A stretch of 61,065 nt of DNA, filler included, from Stramenopiles sp. TOSAG23-6 (GCA_900128565.1; 16 parts of 16 records of this genome joined end to end with filler, not necessarily neighbours in it), one strand, 5' to 3'; positions 23,751 to 36,076 are shown, numbered from the whole stretch's first letter. The notes: generated from the letters alone by a model not told the origin. Numbers and translations are program-made.

Positions 23751-25668
23751 TCATTTTTCTTTTTCCAATTGTGCATGAAATTGACGTTTCATTCGATTCA
23801 GTATATTATTCAAACATTCACTCGAGTTTTCTTCTATTGACTGAATTGCAATTTTGTGTTGATCATGAAGAAAACTGAGACGATCTTCAGACTGATCAAT
23901 TGCATTTATCAATATTTTAAGCTTTTCTACAACAAATGTTTGAAATCCACGGACTGCTTCAATATCGCTTTTTAATTGCATATCTAATTTCGCTTTATTT
24001 TCAGACAGATTTTTATTGCTTTCTTGTCGGACATTTTCTTCTTTCCGGAGAAAAGATTGACGAAGTTTATAGGACACCTGGATAATTCAAAAATAAGTCA
24101 AATTCGATATTTTTGTTAGGTAGAAAATTTGGTAGAAGAAGAAATATTTGAAATTGAAATGAATAATGAAAACATACTTGTGCGTTATGAACCCGAACTT
24201 TTTCTTTTTCAACCTCTTTGATTTTTGAAGCAATTTCGGCAGCTCTTACTCGCAATTTATTTTCTTTTTCATATAATTGATTAGTATCTTGGAGTTCATA
24301 AGGAGAATATTCACTACTTTTGTATTCAAAGTTTGGAGTATCAAAGAAAGATTCATTTGTTTTTGTATTTTTTATCTTTTTTTCTTGTTGATTCTTCTTT
24401 GTTTTCATTGAATGCACTGATTTCTCTATTTTTCTTGTCCTTTTGTATTGAAAATCAGTGGACAACTTTCTTGCACGTCTTACAGTTTTGTCTATTCCTT
24501 CAGTAGTTTTATCCAACTGAAATTTACTCGATAAAACTTTCGTGTTGTTGTTTCTACCCGTTGAACTTATGACATCACCACTGCTGTGACTCCATGACGA
24601 TAACTCCTCCCACTGAATACTTCCGTTACCGTCTAGATCTAGCATATTGAAAAGCTTCAAAAGAGTCGAGGTACTTGGCACTGGTCTGATTCCTAAAGTA
24701 GCAACCCCAGTAGAAAACTCTCTAAATGTCAGATTATCATTTCGATCCCCGTCAGCAGCAGAAAACAATTCACCAGCAGTCCTAGATCGTTTTTTTAATT
24801 GTTGTCTCAAATTTTGTAAACTTTTACGACCTCTATTTGTGAGAGTAATATTCCTTGTTTTATTTAACTTTTCATTTATTCTCTGCTTTCGCCATTTTTC
24901 TAACTTAGCACGACGCCGTTGCTGCTGAGAAGAATCCATATTTTTTGTTTTGCACTTAGAAACATCTTTTTCTGAATTTTTTGTTTTGCATTTAGAAACA
25001 TCTTCCTCTGAAGAATTCTCCTCATTATACTTGAAGTCAAGATTTATATGTTGGTTTGCTGTGTTACCTACACGTCTTTCCCTTTGCTCCTTTCGTGATA
25101 CTGGTGACGATTTAGAAAAAGTTTCAGAAGTAGATTCCCAGTTTTGTAAAAGTTCTACTATTTCGTGCAGGCTTTCTCTTCTACTTGTTTCATGACCTCG
25201 AGCTCCACAAAAGGTACTCTTTTTCCGACGGATTTTCTCTAATTCTAGGTTTGAAGGATATAACCGATTAATTGTATCCGCTACCTTTTGAGATTTCTGT
25301 ATACATTTGTTACTCTCAGTAATATCAGTTGCTTCCATAGTTTGAAGGCTTTCTCTTTGTTGAACTGTAAAAATTCTTCTTCTTCTTCTAGATGAAGAGG
25401 ATGGACTTCTTCCTGATATATCAACAGAAGGTGAAAAATTTAGTCGACCAGTTTTACTGTTTAATATAGCAATTTCTCTGCTTCCTGGAAAACCGATACG
25501 TCCAAAAGCTGAATCTGAGGTATCCGAGGAAACGTTTGGAGCTTGAACCTTCAGATTGACAGTATGTGGATGAATCGTATCACGTTCTTTTCTAGGAGAA
25601 GTTTTTTGGGCATCTTTATCCTTAAATGACAATGTATTTGATGGCAAATCATCGCCACTATTTCCCAT
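23751..25668 (-). CDS. EF-hand pair + coiled-coil protein (intron 24078-24177)
   Basis: DGDRNDNLTFREF and DLDGNGSIQWEE; caa|GTATG...TACCTAAC...CCAG|gtg is a GT-AG member of the family. Confidence 0.7.
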
Positions 25669-26041
25669 CTATATTCCTCGGTGAACTACCAAGTTTTTTG
25701 TAGGTCTATTTTGTTTTTTGTTCGTGCTATATATTCGTATTGACATTCGTATAATATTCGCTTTTTTTTTCACACAAGGGAAAAGAACATTTGAATTTGA
25801 AATTGAAAAAGCAGTTACTTCGTTTTTCGATTTCAAAAACCCTAACCCTAGCTAGTTCCCCAATTTTTGAATGATGATTCAAAAAATTTAATGTTGATGG
25901 CTAGTCAAAAAGTAGCAAATAATTATATAAATCGAAAAAATTCGAATTGGATTTGATTCGATTTCCAGATTTGATTTCATTGCGAAGTTCGAACGGTATT
26001 ATTGCTGTCGCTATAATTAATTCTTTCTGGCGTGTGGAAAT

Positions 26042-26712
26042 ATGGCACTTATGCGGGAACCAATGCTTGAAAATCCCAACGTCTTGGATCATGTGATGCC
26101 TCCAGAAGAAGAAATTGAAATATTTAGTCCAAACTCAGGTAAAGTACATGAGTTTTGGCGGACAGATACAATGTTAGATTCTGGTAAAGGCACTGTTCTG
26201 AGTTCTACACTTGTGTTAGCCAATACTGTCATCGGTGCCGGTGTTTTAACTCTGCCATATGCTGTTAAAGAATGTGGTCTTATTTTAGGGGGTTCTCTTA
26301 TCATTATTATGGCTCTCCTGGTTTCACTTACTCAGAAATTTATTGTGTATGGTTGTTTAGATCACCAGCCACGATCTTATGAAGAACTTGTACGGTCACT
26401 TTTTGGTACAAAATGGGGTAGTTTAATGGAAATAATTGTATTTGTATACCAATTTGGTGCTTGTATTGCTTACCAACTTGTTGTGTATAATCAGTTGCAC
26501 CCTTTGCTTCTTAAATGGTATGGTAGTGATAGTATTTTTGTCTCTCGAGGAGTTGTAATTATTTGCACAGGTGTTGTAGTACTCCCAATATGCATGCTAA
26601 AAGATCTGAGTGCTCTAAAGTATACCTCCTTCATTGGTGTTCTCGCCCCTTGCTTTATGTGTTGTGTATTAACATATAAAGGTATAGATCATTTGGTAGA
26701 GGCACCCACCAT
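26042..26712 (+). CDS. Amino acid transporter (AAAP/SLC38 family), first exon
   Basis: LANTVIGAGVLTLPYA..CGLILG, SYEELV..LFG, LKDLSALKYTSFIG. Confidence 0.9.
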
Positions 26713-26986
26713 GTATGTTTTATTGTTTTTCAAATTTGATTTTTTTTTCGTACGAAATTTTGTACCTAACGATTTTTTTTTCAAATATTTTTCCAAAATA
26801 NNNNNNNNNNNNNNNNNNNNNNNNNNNNNNNNNNNNNNNNNNNNTTAATTAATTAANNNNNNNNNNNNNNNNNNNNNNNNNNNNNNNNNNNNNNNNNNNN
26901 TTGGAAAAATATTTCAAAAAAAAATCGTTAGGTACAAAATTTCGTACGAAAAAAAACCTTCGAATTTGAAAAAAAATAAAACATAC

Positions 26987-27851
26987 ATGGCCTTTGTTTT
27001 TGTACTAACTCATCCATATCAACATCGCGTTGTGGATGCATAGGGACAGGTGCACCAGTACGTTTAAATACGAATACGTTTTGGACCAAGCCTGAAGGAC
27101 AACCATCAACAGCTTTGTCAACGATTCCTTTTAAGTCCAAAGTTCGACCTCCACGTTTTCCCTGATCAACAGTTACAACCCACTTTGTTTGGCAATTTTC
27201 AATGCGAGATTGCAACGCACTAGCAGAAAATCCAGCAAATACAACTGAATGGGGAGCACCAATACGAGCACACGCGAGCATCGTGTATGCTAATTCAAGA
27301 ACCATGGGCATGTAAATTGTTACCGGATCACCTTTTCTGACACCTCGTGACTTAAGAGCGTTGGCAACACGGCATACGTTACTGAGTAATTCACGATATG
27401 TTACTTTCTTGCTCTGACCAGGTTCATCAGCTTCCCAAATAATTGCTACCTTGTCACCACGATTTTTCACATGTCGGTCAACACAGTTGGTACATGCGTT
27501 AAGTTTACCATTCACAAACCATGCAACACTTCCTTCCTTGAATCCACCAAAAAGGGTAGCATCAAAAGGCATGGACCATTTAAGTTCTTCTTTTGCAAGA
27601 CGTCCCCAGAATTCTGGATTCAGACTATCACTATGCAACTTCTTATACTGACTCATATCATTTATGAAAGCACCCCTTGCAGCCTTTGCTGGTGGAGGAT
27701 AAAATGTCGGTGCCGGCGCAACGACAGGCGGGAGTTCTACGACAGACTTTTCAGCTTCCGCAACCTTTACAGCCGATGCAGGTACTGGATCAACTTCCAT
27801 AGAATCTTGCTTTGGGGCAACTGGATCAACGGTAGGTGGATTGTCCGTCAT
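26987..27851 (-). CDS. ACS: Acetyl-CoA synthetase, first exon
   Basis: WFVNGKLNACTNCVDRH, AIIWEAD, IYMPMV..MLACARIGAPHSVVFAGFS. Confidence 0.95.
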
Positions 27852-28178
27852 TTTTCTCTGGATAAGTAAAATATTATATATATAATAGCCCAAATCAAGA
27901 AGAAGAGTGTGTGTATCGGTATATCCAATGTCAAAAAAATATTACGTATATAATTTTGACAACAATTAATTGACACGTACGCAAAATTTAATTTTAAATT
28001 CGAAATTGCTATTACCAGAAAATGTAACAGTATTGCAAAAAAGAGTATCAATCAAGATATCGGTACCGTATCAGATTCTACTCAGTATTTTTTTTAGTTT
28101 TTGGACACTCACACTTCAGCTCGAAAACAAGTACGAAATGAAAAGTTGAATTAAACATAAAAAACACAGCAGAATAGT

Positions 28179-29579
28179 ATGGATTTTTGTTTGGTTGAGG
28201 GTGATAGTCACGCTTTCAAGTGTGCAGTATATCAGTGTTATGCGGCACAAATATTCAATGAGAATGATGCTGCCTCTGCTATTGAAATTGTTCAGATGAA
28301 AGTACCGAAAGGAGGTATACTAAGTTACGCTTGGATTTTGGATAATAACGAAATGGAAGATCTCGAAGAAGTAAAGCCTGAATCTATAACGGGAATAAAG
28401 TACTCTTATGACCCTGATGACACTGGCGTTGGTGATAAGCTAATCTACTTATTAGAGCGATCACTGATAAGAAACTGTGTCCTCATTTTGGTACGTTCAC
28501 CAACTAAAAATAAACCTCCATGTTACCTTGGTACTGGTAGATTCCGAATAGCTATACTATGTGCAAAACATGTATTAAATATTTATAAAATAAAAATAGA
28601 ACACTTGAAAAAAATGCGTAAGCTCGAAGAAGAAGCAAAAAAAGCAGCTGAAGAAAAAGCACTTGAAGATAAAAAAAATGTCTGGAAAGGTTTTAAAAGT
28701 TTTGCGCATGATAAAGTGGACACAAAAAAACCTTTCAGTGATAAATACACCGTCCTCCCAACTTCTCAAATATGTGCTAAATCGGTAACTTGGCCTAAAA
28801 ATCACAGAGCTGTTCGTGGTGTCATAAATTTAGGTAGAAAAAAATGCCGCCCATGCCATTTTCTTGATGGACGAGTTTTGGAACAGGAAATGACTGGAGA
28901 GGCTAAAGTATTCTCAGTGTTGAATCAACCAAATCATTTATTACCAAGACCTAAAAATCCAATACATCCACCACGATTAAGTAGGGCTGACATTGTAGAG
29001 TTATGTAGTATGAAAACGCCTCCATTTGGTGTTCGTGTAGCATTACATTTAGTAAGTGTTCTTTTAGAAGAAATTGATTCATCATGGCAGAGTTGTTTAA
29101 AAATGATGATGTCAATGGAGCGTTGGCATAAAGCGTTATCTTGTATTGATATATTATCAATATCTCCCGAAGCCATAGAAACAATTCGCATACAACTTCA
29201 GCAAGATGCGCTGATGCCAAACGTAGTCCAACGGGAGTCGCTTACGGCTATATGCATTGTCGACTGGCTCAGTGAAATTATTTGTAAATATGACGAATTA
29301 AAGAAACTTTCAGAAGCACCAAAAAAATCAAAGTTGAAAACATCTCTACTTTACGCAATGAAAAGACGAAAACGAAGGCAAAAACCAAGACTCAGGAAGT
29401 CTTCATATGGGGATTTTGTTAAACAATTAATGGCACCTGAAAAATGTCCTAGACAACTTATTGAAGTGGCTAAACCAAGCATAGGAGAAGGACTACCAAT
29501 ACCTCCAAGAATGTCACAAGATGTATTTTTTTTTGACGAGTTCAATGAAGAAGAGTTTGAGAAAAAAATTCAGAAATAA
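28179..29579 (+). CDS. IMPACT/UPF0029-like domain fused to a dynein microtubule-binding-stalk-like domain
   Basis: DDTGVGDKLIYLL...NCVLILVR...LGTGRF; LSRADIVELCSMKTPPFGV...SWQSCLKMM...PNVVQRESLTAICIVDWL. Confidence 0.65.
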   Translation: MDFCLVEGDSHAFKCAVYQCYAAQIFNENDAASAIEIVQMKVPKGGILSYAWILDNNEMEDLEEVKPESITGIKYSYDPDDTGVGDKLIYLLERSLIRNCVLILVRSPTKNKPPCYLGTGRFRIAILCAKHVLNIYKIKIEHLKKMRKLEEEAKKAAEEKALEDKKNVWKGFKSFAHDKVDTKKPFSDKYTVLPTSQICAKSVTWPKNHRAVRGVINLGRKKCRPCHFLDGRVLEQEMTGEAKVFSVLNQPNHLLPRPKNPIHPPRLSRADIVELCSMKTPPFGVRVALHLVSVLLEEIDSSWQSCLKMMMSMERWHKALSCIDILSISPEAIETIRIQLQQDALMPNVVQRESLTAICIVDWLSEIICKYDELKKLSEAPKKSKLKTSLLYAMKRRKRRQKPRLRKSSYGDFVKQLMAPEKCPRQLIEVAKPSIGEGLPIPPRMSQDVFFFDEFNEEEFEKKIQK

Positions 29580-29672
29580 ACAAATTTGAAATTCATTCAG
29601 TTATTTGTAAAAGAGGCAACATTTCTTTATAATATATATTCTATAACTATATTTCTAACTAGAATATGCCCC

Positions 29673-30525
29673 TTATTTAGAGTTGTCTGTTCTTTTATCG
29701 CTACTACTACGAAAATAATCAATAAATGAATTTAACTGTGAAGTCCGCCCTGCTTTAGCCACACCTTTCATAATATGATCAGGCCGTAAAATATCGAATA
29801 TCAAAACACATCGATATTTTCCAGACAAATTGAAACCTGAATGTACTTTGGAAAAATATTTCAAAAAAAAAATCGTTAGGTACAAATTTCGTACGAAAAA
29901 CACGAATTTGAAAAAAAATTAAAACATACATGCATTCGACTATCTTCAAAGACTAAAATTTCTCCTTTCTTGTGAAATCGAGATTTACCATCAACCCATG
30001 TGTTGTGAAAAATATATTTTTTTAGTAAAAAAAATTAGTCAAAAAATATTTGGAAAAAAAATGTTACGTACGAAATTTCGTACGAAAAAAACATTTAAAA
30101 TTAATGATGAAAACTTACAGACACCCGAGGTATCCGCTTCTGGTATAGACAATGCAATATGGCATCTTAGAACATGATTTGATAATTGTGCCCATCCAGT
30201 ATGAGGTGTTAGCCTTGTCCGAGGGCCCATTTGTTCTAAAAAATATATTCAATTCGAGATGAGTTAGATACAAACTTTGGTACAAAAAAAAATTCGAAAA
30301 ATGAAAGTTTTTTTTTATGTTGAAAAAGTACATGCGAGAATACAGTGCTGTTCTTATACCAGGAATTGACTTTAAAATTGACACAGTTTTTGGGCATTGA
30401 CAGCAATTGGATTCTACCCACTCCGATTTGGACGAGTCATATGCTGGAAAAGTGTGTAAAAATGGGAATACTTTCCATTCTTCCCCTTTTTTTGTATCAT
30501 AGAGGGCCTCAGGCCAAGCGTGCCT
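29673..30525 (-). CDS. Aspartyl/asparaginyl beta-hydroxylase-like dioxygenase, 3' part (3 GT-AT introns)
   Basis: Spliced: WKVFPF...CPKT..ILKSIPGIRTALYSRMGPRTRLTPHTGW..LSNHVLRCH...GVWVDG...VFEDSRMHSGFN...RCVLIFD. Confidence 0.88.
29841..29929 (-). mobile_element. Introner-like intron, GT-AT
   Basis: atg cat|GTATG...CCAAAGTACAT|tca ggt; the AG 5 nt upstream would be out of frame. Confidence 0.85.
29998..30118 (-). mobile_element. Introner-like intron, GT-AT
   Basis: gtc t|GTAAGTTTT...CAACACAT|gg gtt gat gives SGVWVDG. Confidence 0.8.
30229..30331 (-). mobile_element. Introner-like intron, GT-AT (diverged)
   Basis: cgc at|GTACTTTT...AACAAAT|g ggc cct gives YSRMGP. Confidence 0.8.
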
Positions 30526-30766
30526 GTTTAAGGTAAATATGAATAAATAGTCAAGAGATGAAATTTACATGACAACGGAAAAAAATATTTTTTTTTGTAA
30601 AATTTAATGAAATNNNNNNNNNNNNNNNNNNNNNNNNNNNNNNNNNNNNNNNNNNNNTTAATTAATTAANNNNNNNNNNNNNNNNNNNNNNNNNNNNNNN
30701 NNNNNNNNNNNNNTGCGCTGACTGAAGGCAATCAAACTGATATAGACACTCATACCAATCAAAGAG

Positions 30767-32476
30767 ATGGAGTTATTTCTTTGTAGTAATGGTTTTGATT
30801 ATTTGACAGAAAGTTTTGACTGTCTCAGTGACTCGAAAAGATTTGATAACACAGGTAACAGATTTCATGATGTAAATGAAGATTTCAATTGTATCAGTGG
30901 TGTACAGTTGTCATCAAATGTATCATTAGATAGAACAATAGAAAATTCGAAACCGATTCGAAAATTTAATGAATCGGCTTTAACAGCACTAATAGCATCA
31001 ATAGTAACACCAAATGATTCAAAAACAAAATCTTTATATTCCAATTCGATGACGTCAATGACGAATAGTCGTCATCAAAAAGATAGAGATTGTATTATTC
31101 CTTCTGGAAGTCGAGCTATACAACTACTAACCAAAGCAAGATGTGGGAGTAATCAATGTTATATAAATTCTAGTCATTTAAATGTTCTCATCAAAACACT
31201 GTTGAAAGCGAATCATTTTGGGTGCCTTCGTTTGGCTCAACAATTGTGGTGTGAAAGTCAATATAGTAATATATCCAACACACTTGGAAAAAATACATCA
31301 GCAAAACTTCTTCATATGTTATGTGATTTTTATACAGCTGATAAAAAACGTTCCATCGTAAATAGCAGTATTACGAAATATTCCATTACTCCTCTGATAA
31401 ACTATTACCTATACACAATCAATGATAATGGTGATGCTATATTAAATAACAAATCCAAAAAAAACAAACAATTGTCAAAGGAAAATATCCGTCAACATTT
31501 TAATTCAAATTTAGTTCAAGCTCTTTGCCGAGCATGTGGATTATGTGGCGATATCGAAAATGTTCGTTATTTTATTGAATGTTTTCAAAATGATGAAACT
31601 TCTTCTCAACCAAAATCTTTTTTAAAAAGCTCTGAAATTCGTGTTGCCGTGCGGGCTCTTACAGATGTTGGTGGGCTTCGAGAGGCTTTCCATTTACTTA
31701 AGAAAAACTCTAATTTTGCGATTCATTCAAAAAATGCGGATCAAAAACGACAGGCAGAATTTAATTGGAGTATACTTTTTGATTGCATCGAAAAAGACGT
31801 TGATTTAGACGTCGCACGCGATGCAATGCATTTTATGATAATTCGCCAAAATCTTTTCCCTAATGTTGATGGAAACATACGTAAATCATTAGATAATATG
31901 ATGGTACGTTTAGCATCTGCGCGCCGGAGAATTCACCTGGCTGAACAATCCAATTTAAATTTAAGTGATAGAGTTGTATCTAAACAACATTTTCCTGTAT
32001 TAGGTTTTGCAGGCCTTGAATCTGAGCAGCAGAGTAATAACAATATTTTGAGTAAACAAAATGTTTCGAATCAACCTGTAATGAATGATAGTATTCTTCG
32101 AGGAGACGTTGCCTTTGATATATCAAATATTTTATGGCCATTGCAAGAAGACATAGAAGAAGATACTTCATCAGAGGCAACATCTTGTGAAGCACAAAAT
32201 AGGAAAGAATACAAAAGTAAAACAGTAATGATGGATAAAAATACAAAATCAAAAGATGAAAGCAAATCGTATGCATCGGCGTATATATCGAAACATATGA
32301 GTAGTGAAACAATTTCATCGAGTCTTCAACTTATCGCTGCTGAAGGCTCACATCTCTTGCAATCAGACCATGATGATTGTAGAAATGAAATACTTGAAGA
32401 GCATGTTGATAATATGTTTGATCTTTTAGAAAATGTATTATTTGAATGGGATCCGAGATTAATCATTAGTCATTGA
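30767..32476 (+). CDS. Uncharacterised helical protein (possibly PPR-like), 5'-truncated
   Basis: 569-aa open frame; weak patterns such as LVQALCRACGLCGDIE and ALTDVGGLREAFHLL. Confidence 0.55.
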   Translation: MELFLCSNGFDYLTESFDCLSDSKRFDNTGNRFHDVNEDFNCISGVQLSSNVSLDRTIENSKPIRKFNESALTALIASIVTPNDSKTKSLYSNSMTSMTNSRHQKDRDCIIPSGSRAIQLLTKARCGSNQCYINSSHLNVLIKTLLKANHFGCLRLAQQLWCESQYSNISNTLGKNTSAKLLHMLCDFYTADKKRSIVNSSITKYSITPLINYYLYTINDNGDAILNNKSKKNKQLSKENIRQHFNSNLVQALCRACGLCGDIENVRYFIECFQNDETSSQPKSFLKSSEIRVAVRALTDVGGLREAFHLLKKNSNFAIHSKNADQKRQAEFNWSILFDCIEKDVDLDVARDAMHFMIIRQNLFPNVDGNIRKSLDNMMVRLASARRRIHLAEQSNLNLSDRVVSKQHFPVLGFAGLESEQQSNNNILSKQNVSNQPVMNDSILRGDVAFDISNILWPLQEDIEEDTSSEATSCEAQNRKEYKSKTVMMDKNTKSKDESKSYASAYISKHMSSETISSSLQLIAAEGSHLLQSDHDDCRNEILEEHVDNMFDLLENVLFEWDPRLIISH

Positions 32477-32585
32477 AAAATAAATTAAAAATGGAAGATT
32501 ACTTGTATATTTTGTTTTGGTTTATTTATACAGGGTACATGTCTCTTTCACACCTACAATGTGCTTTTCTATGTGTTTTAAACTA

Positions 32586-32890
32586 TTTTTTTGTTTTTCC
32601 CAATTTTTGTATTGTTTTTTTGTTTTTCCCAATTTTTGTATTTTTTTTTTATTTTTCCTAATTTTTGTATTGTTTTTTTATTTTTCCCAATTTTTGTATT
32701 GTTTTTTATTTTTCCCAATTTTTGTATTGTTTTTTATTTTTCCCAATTTTTGAATTGTTTTTTTGTTTTTCCCAATTTTGCATGCATTATTTTTTTATTT
32801 TACCCAATTTTTCTATTGTTTTTTTATTTTACCCAATTTTTCTACTGTTTTTTTATTTTTCCCAATTTTTCTACTGTTTTTTATTGTTTT
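32586..32890. repeat. Degenerate ~30-nt minisatellite between convergent genes
   Basis: About 10 units of TTTTTCCCAATTTTTGTATTGTTTTTTTA. Confidence 0.85.
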
Positions 32891-33006
32891 GTATTTTTTT
32901 TTTCTAATCAATCTATTACATTTCTCACAAGTAAATTCGACATAAATTTAAATGGTAGCAGCAAATATGTTGAATATATACTGAGTATTCTCAATAATCC
33001 TCTGAT

Positions 33007-34425
33007 TCATCCAAAAAAATTAAAATTTTCTGGTGATCTACGGCTTGCGCCTGCGCCTGCCGACCGCCCCGTACGTCTTCGACGTCGTCTTCCAGCTGGT
33101 CGCGAAGTTCTGGAGGGAGGATTTGGATCAACTGGTTGGGTTTCATCATCAGCTAGACCACCAAATGTAAATGTTAAAGGCTCACTCGCTGCACTAGCTG
33201 GTGAAGCAGCAGATGAAAACGCTTGTGAATCATCTACTGCTGAACTACCAAATGTATCCGCAGCAGGAGCACCAAATGCAAATACTGGAGTTTCATTCGA
33301 TGCACTCGCTGCTAAAGCATCAGATGTTTTTGAATCTTCTGGTGAACCCCCACCAAATACAAATGTATTAGATACACTTGAACTTTGTGCACCAGGAGGA
33401 CTAAATGAAAATGTACCAGGTCCAACTGGTGCACTAGCGGCTGCTGAAGCACCACCAGATGCAAATGTAAAAGGCTGACTTGCACTTGGTACACCATCGG
33501 GTGGTGAACCACCACCAAATGAAAATGATGCACCAGCTGCTGGAGTAAGTGAAGCACCTGATGAAGTTGATTCTGGATCACCAGATGAGGCAGAAGATTC
33601 ACCATTTGATCTTGGTGTATCAGCGGCCGAACCACCAAATGAAAACGAGTGAAAAACAGGGGTCTCCTCTTCAGCGGGCCAAATTGGTTCAATCCTTGGT
33701 GTAATCTGCGGCGGCAAAGATATTTCCGATGATTTTTCTTCAGCCAACTTCTCCATGGTCGGGAACTTCAACGTTTTGCGAATGGTGTTGAAGTGCAACC
33801 GGATAGCCTTGGCTACGGACGAATCCTGCCCATACTGTTCAACCATTCGCTGCTCCAAATGCTGCAATTCCTCCAGTAGTACAGACACTTTTTCTTCGGA
33901 ATCTTTAGATAAAGCCACTTGTTCTGAAGTTCCACGATTTGTCCATTTTTTCTTTATGAAAATAAGTAAATTACGTAATTTTGGCTCATGCTGTATAAGT
34001 AATTCAACAATTTCTGAACTTCCTGCTGAATCTGCCGCAGTTAAAGGTAATATTCCATTTGCATCTGCTTGATTCACATCAGCACCCTCTCGTAGAAGTT
34101 TTAGGACCATTGCTGTAAAACCACACTGGGCAGCAACATTCAAAGGTGTAGCACCATCTTCTCTGAGTGCAGCATTATACTCTTGTGCTATACGTATTTT
34201 TTTCTTGGTCGCCTCATTTGCATAATCCATGACTGACTTTCCCTCATTATCCAGTAATGTTGTATCAGCACCATATGTCAAAAGTACTTCAAAAGGTTGG
34301 AGACCTAGAAAAGAAATATCTGTTTCAACAGTTTCTTGTGGAAGGGGTGCATATTTTTGTTCTACTTTTAAATACTCACTGATTAAATAATCTTCCAAAT
34401 GTTTTCGTTGTTCACTTGATAGATC
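33007..34425 (-). CDS. Ankyrin-repeat protein with FxF(G)-rich low-complexity tail, 5'-truncated
   Basis: GATPLNVAAQCG...GADVNQADANGILPL; SFSFGG x2, FTF, FVFGG, FAFG, FTFGG. Confidence 0.7.
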   Translation of the reverse strand, partial: DLSSEQRKHLEDYLISEYLKVEQKYAPLPQETVETDISFLGLQPFEVLLTYGADTTLLDNEGKSVMDYANEATKKKIRIAQEYNAALREDGATPLNVAAQCGFTAMVLKLLREGADVNQADANGILPLTAADSAGSSEIVELLIQHEPKLRNLLIFIKKKWTNRGTSEQVALSKDSEEKVSVLLEELQHLEQRMVEQYGQDSSVAKAIRLHFNTIRKTLKFPTMEKLAEEKSSEISLPPQITPRIEPIWPAEEETPVFHSFSFGGSAADTPRSNGESSASSGDPESTSSGASLTPAAGASFSFGGGSPPDGVPSASQPFTFASGGASAAASAPVGPGTFSFSPPGAQSSSVSNTFVFGGGSPEDSKTSDALAASASNETPVFAFGAPAADTFGSSAVDDSQAFSSAASPASAASEPLTFTFGGLADDETQPVDPNPPSRTSRPAGRRRRRRTGRSAGAGASRRSPENFNFFG

Positions 34426-34617
34426 NNNNNNNNNNNNNNNNNNNNNNNNNNNNNNNNNNNNNNNNNNNNTTAATTAATTAANNNNNNNNNNNNNNNNNNN
34501 NNNNNNNNNNNNNNNNNNNNNNNNNATGTATTTTGGAAAAATATTTCAAAAAAATATCGTTAGGTACAAAATTTCGTACGAAAAAAAAATTCGAATTTGA
34601 AAAAAAGTAAAACATAC

Positions 34618-36076
34618 ATGGTCTGCTACGCACTTTTGAATTGGTTTCAATACTACTAGGGGTTATAATAGATCGTTTTACTCCTGATAGAAAAGGTTCA
34701 AACACATGACAATTTATAAGTTGTGAGACGTTTTGGGATTCTTCAGCAACATTTGACAAAGAAGACATTACTCCGGATCCATAAATATCTTTCAACAAAG
34801 GTACCAAATTGTTACGAAGCTTGCCTCTATTACTCCATTTCGGTGTGCTGTCTTTGAAATAAGGAACACCAAAAGTATGCGAATAATCAAAAATATCTTT
34901 TTTTGGATGATTTAATAAAGGTCTCCAGATACTGACATTATTAATGATACTTATTGAACTCATACCGGCAACATTGAGAACACTCCTTCCTTTCATAATA
35001 TTACTTATTACATTTTCCTGTACATCGCCCCGATGGTGTCCAAATAAAATCGAAGGACATCCAGGAAAGGATTTCATTAATTCCTTGTAGAGTGAAAAAC
35101 GAATGTTTCGTGTAAAAGCTTCATATACATCACGTCCACCACCCCCACCACGAGTGGTCGCTCGAGACATCTCTGTGATACGACGAGACTTCAGAAAAAT
35201 GTTCTTTGACTCGCACCATTTTCCTACAAATTTCGCTTCATCTAAACTTTCTCTCCGATTTGCATAATCTACATGGACGGCTGTGACCTGGAAATTATAT
35301 TTTGAGCCATTTTTGTCTACGTATTCACCATCACGAATAACACATAAAATATCAGCAATAACCATCGAATCAACACCGCCGGAGAGAGAGACAGCTATCG
35401 TGTCATGTATATTCTGATCAAAATGCGCGTCTAAAAAATGTAGCATCGAGTGAACGATAGGCAGTTGTGGAAGCTTCGCGCGAGTAATTGCATCAGGAGT
35501 AAATTCGTGGAACTCAAGTATATCGCCAATGTATGGGTTTTCCTTGCCTTCAAGTCGTTCTAATCGACTTTTCGTTGTTTTGCGAAATCGCTGCAATAGA
35601 CTCGCTGAAGCCTTATTATTCACCAAACGACTATTTACTAGATCAAGCACAGTATTTAGTCTTTCGACATTTGGTGAGTGACGCAATGGCATAAGAGCAA
35701 ATACTAATTGAGGTGCAGATAAGTGCTTGTGCCAGCCACGGTGTATGAAGTCATAACAAAGTTTGAGGGCTTTACGGTCCGTCTGATCTATTTTATCGCG
35801 GTTATTTCGGTATACGTGACGGGGAAACTGATCTAATATGAGTATAAGAGCTAAGCATGATTGAGGGTGCATCAACCAGTCGCATAATTTATCAGCTTCA
35901 GCTTGCTGAAGTAACGAACCAAAACGTTCCGCAACTTCAACATCAGCTGAAGATTGACGTTGACAGTCAGGGAACCATAAAGTTTTGTATTTTTCACAGA
36001 TATTTTGTTCCGTGCCAGATACATCGTCATTGCCAAACCAAAAAGAGAGCACTGAATTAATATCATGTTGTGACAT
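34618..36076 (-). CDS. tilS: DUF924 + tRNA(Ile)-lysidine synthase (TilS, PP-loop) fusion, first exon
   Basis: VLSFWFG...WF..D...LALILILDQFPRHVYR...LMPLRHS; SLSGGVDSMV, HVDYANR, GHHRGD..EN, RPLL, DSTPKWSNRGKLRN. Confidence 0.85.

Noticed and set aside
32473-32945. Overlapping Phe-rich ORFs
   Set aside because: Translations of a T-rich minisatellite
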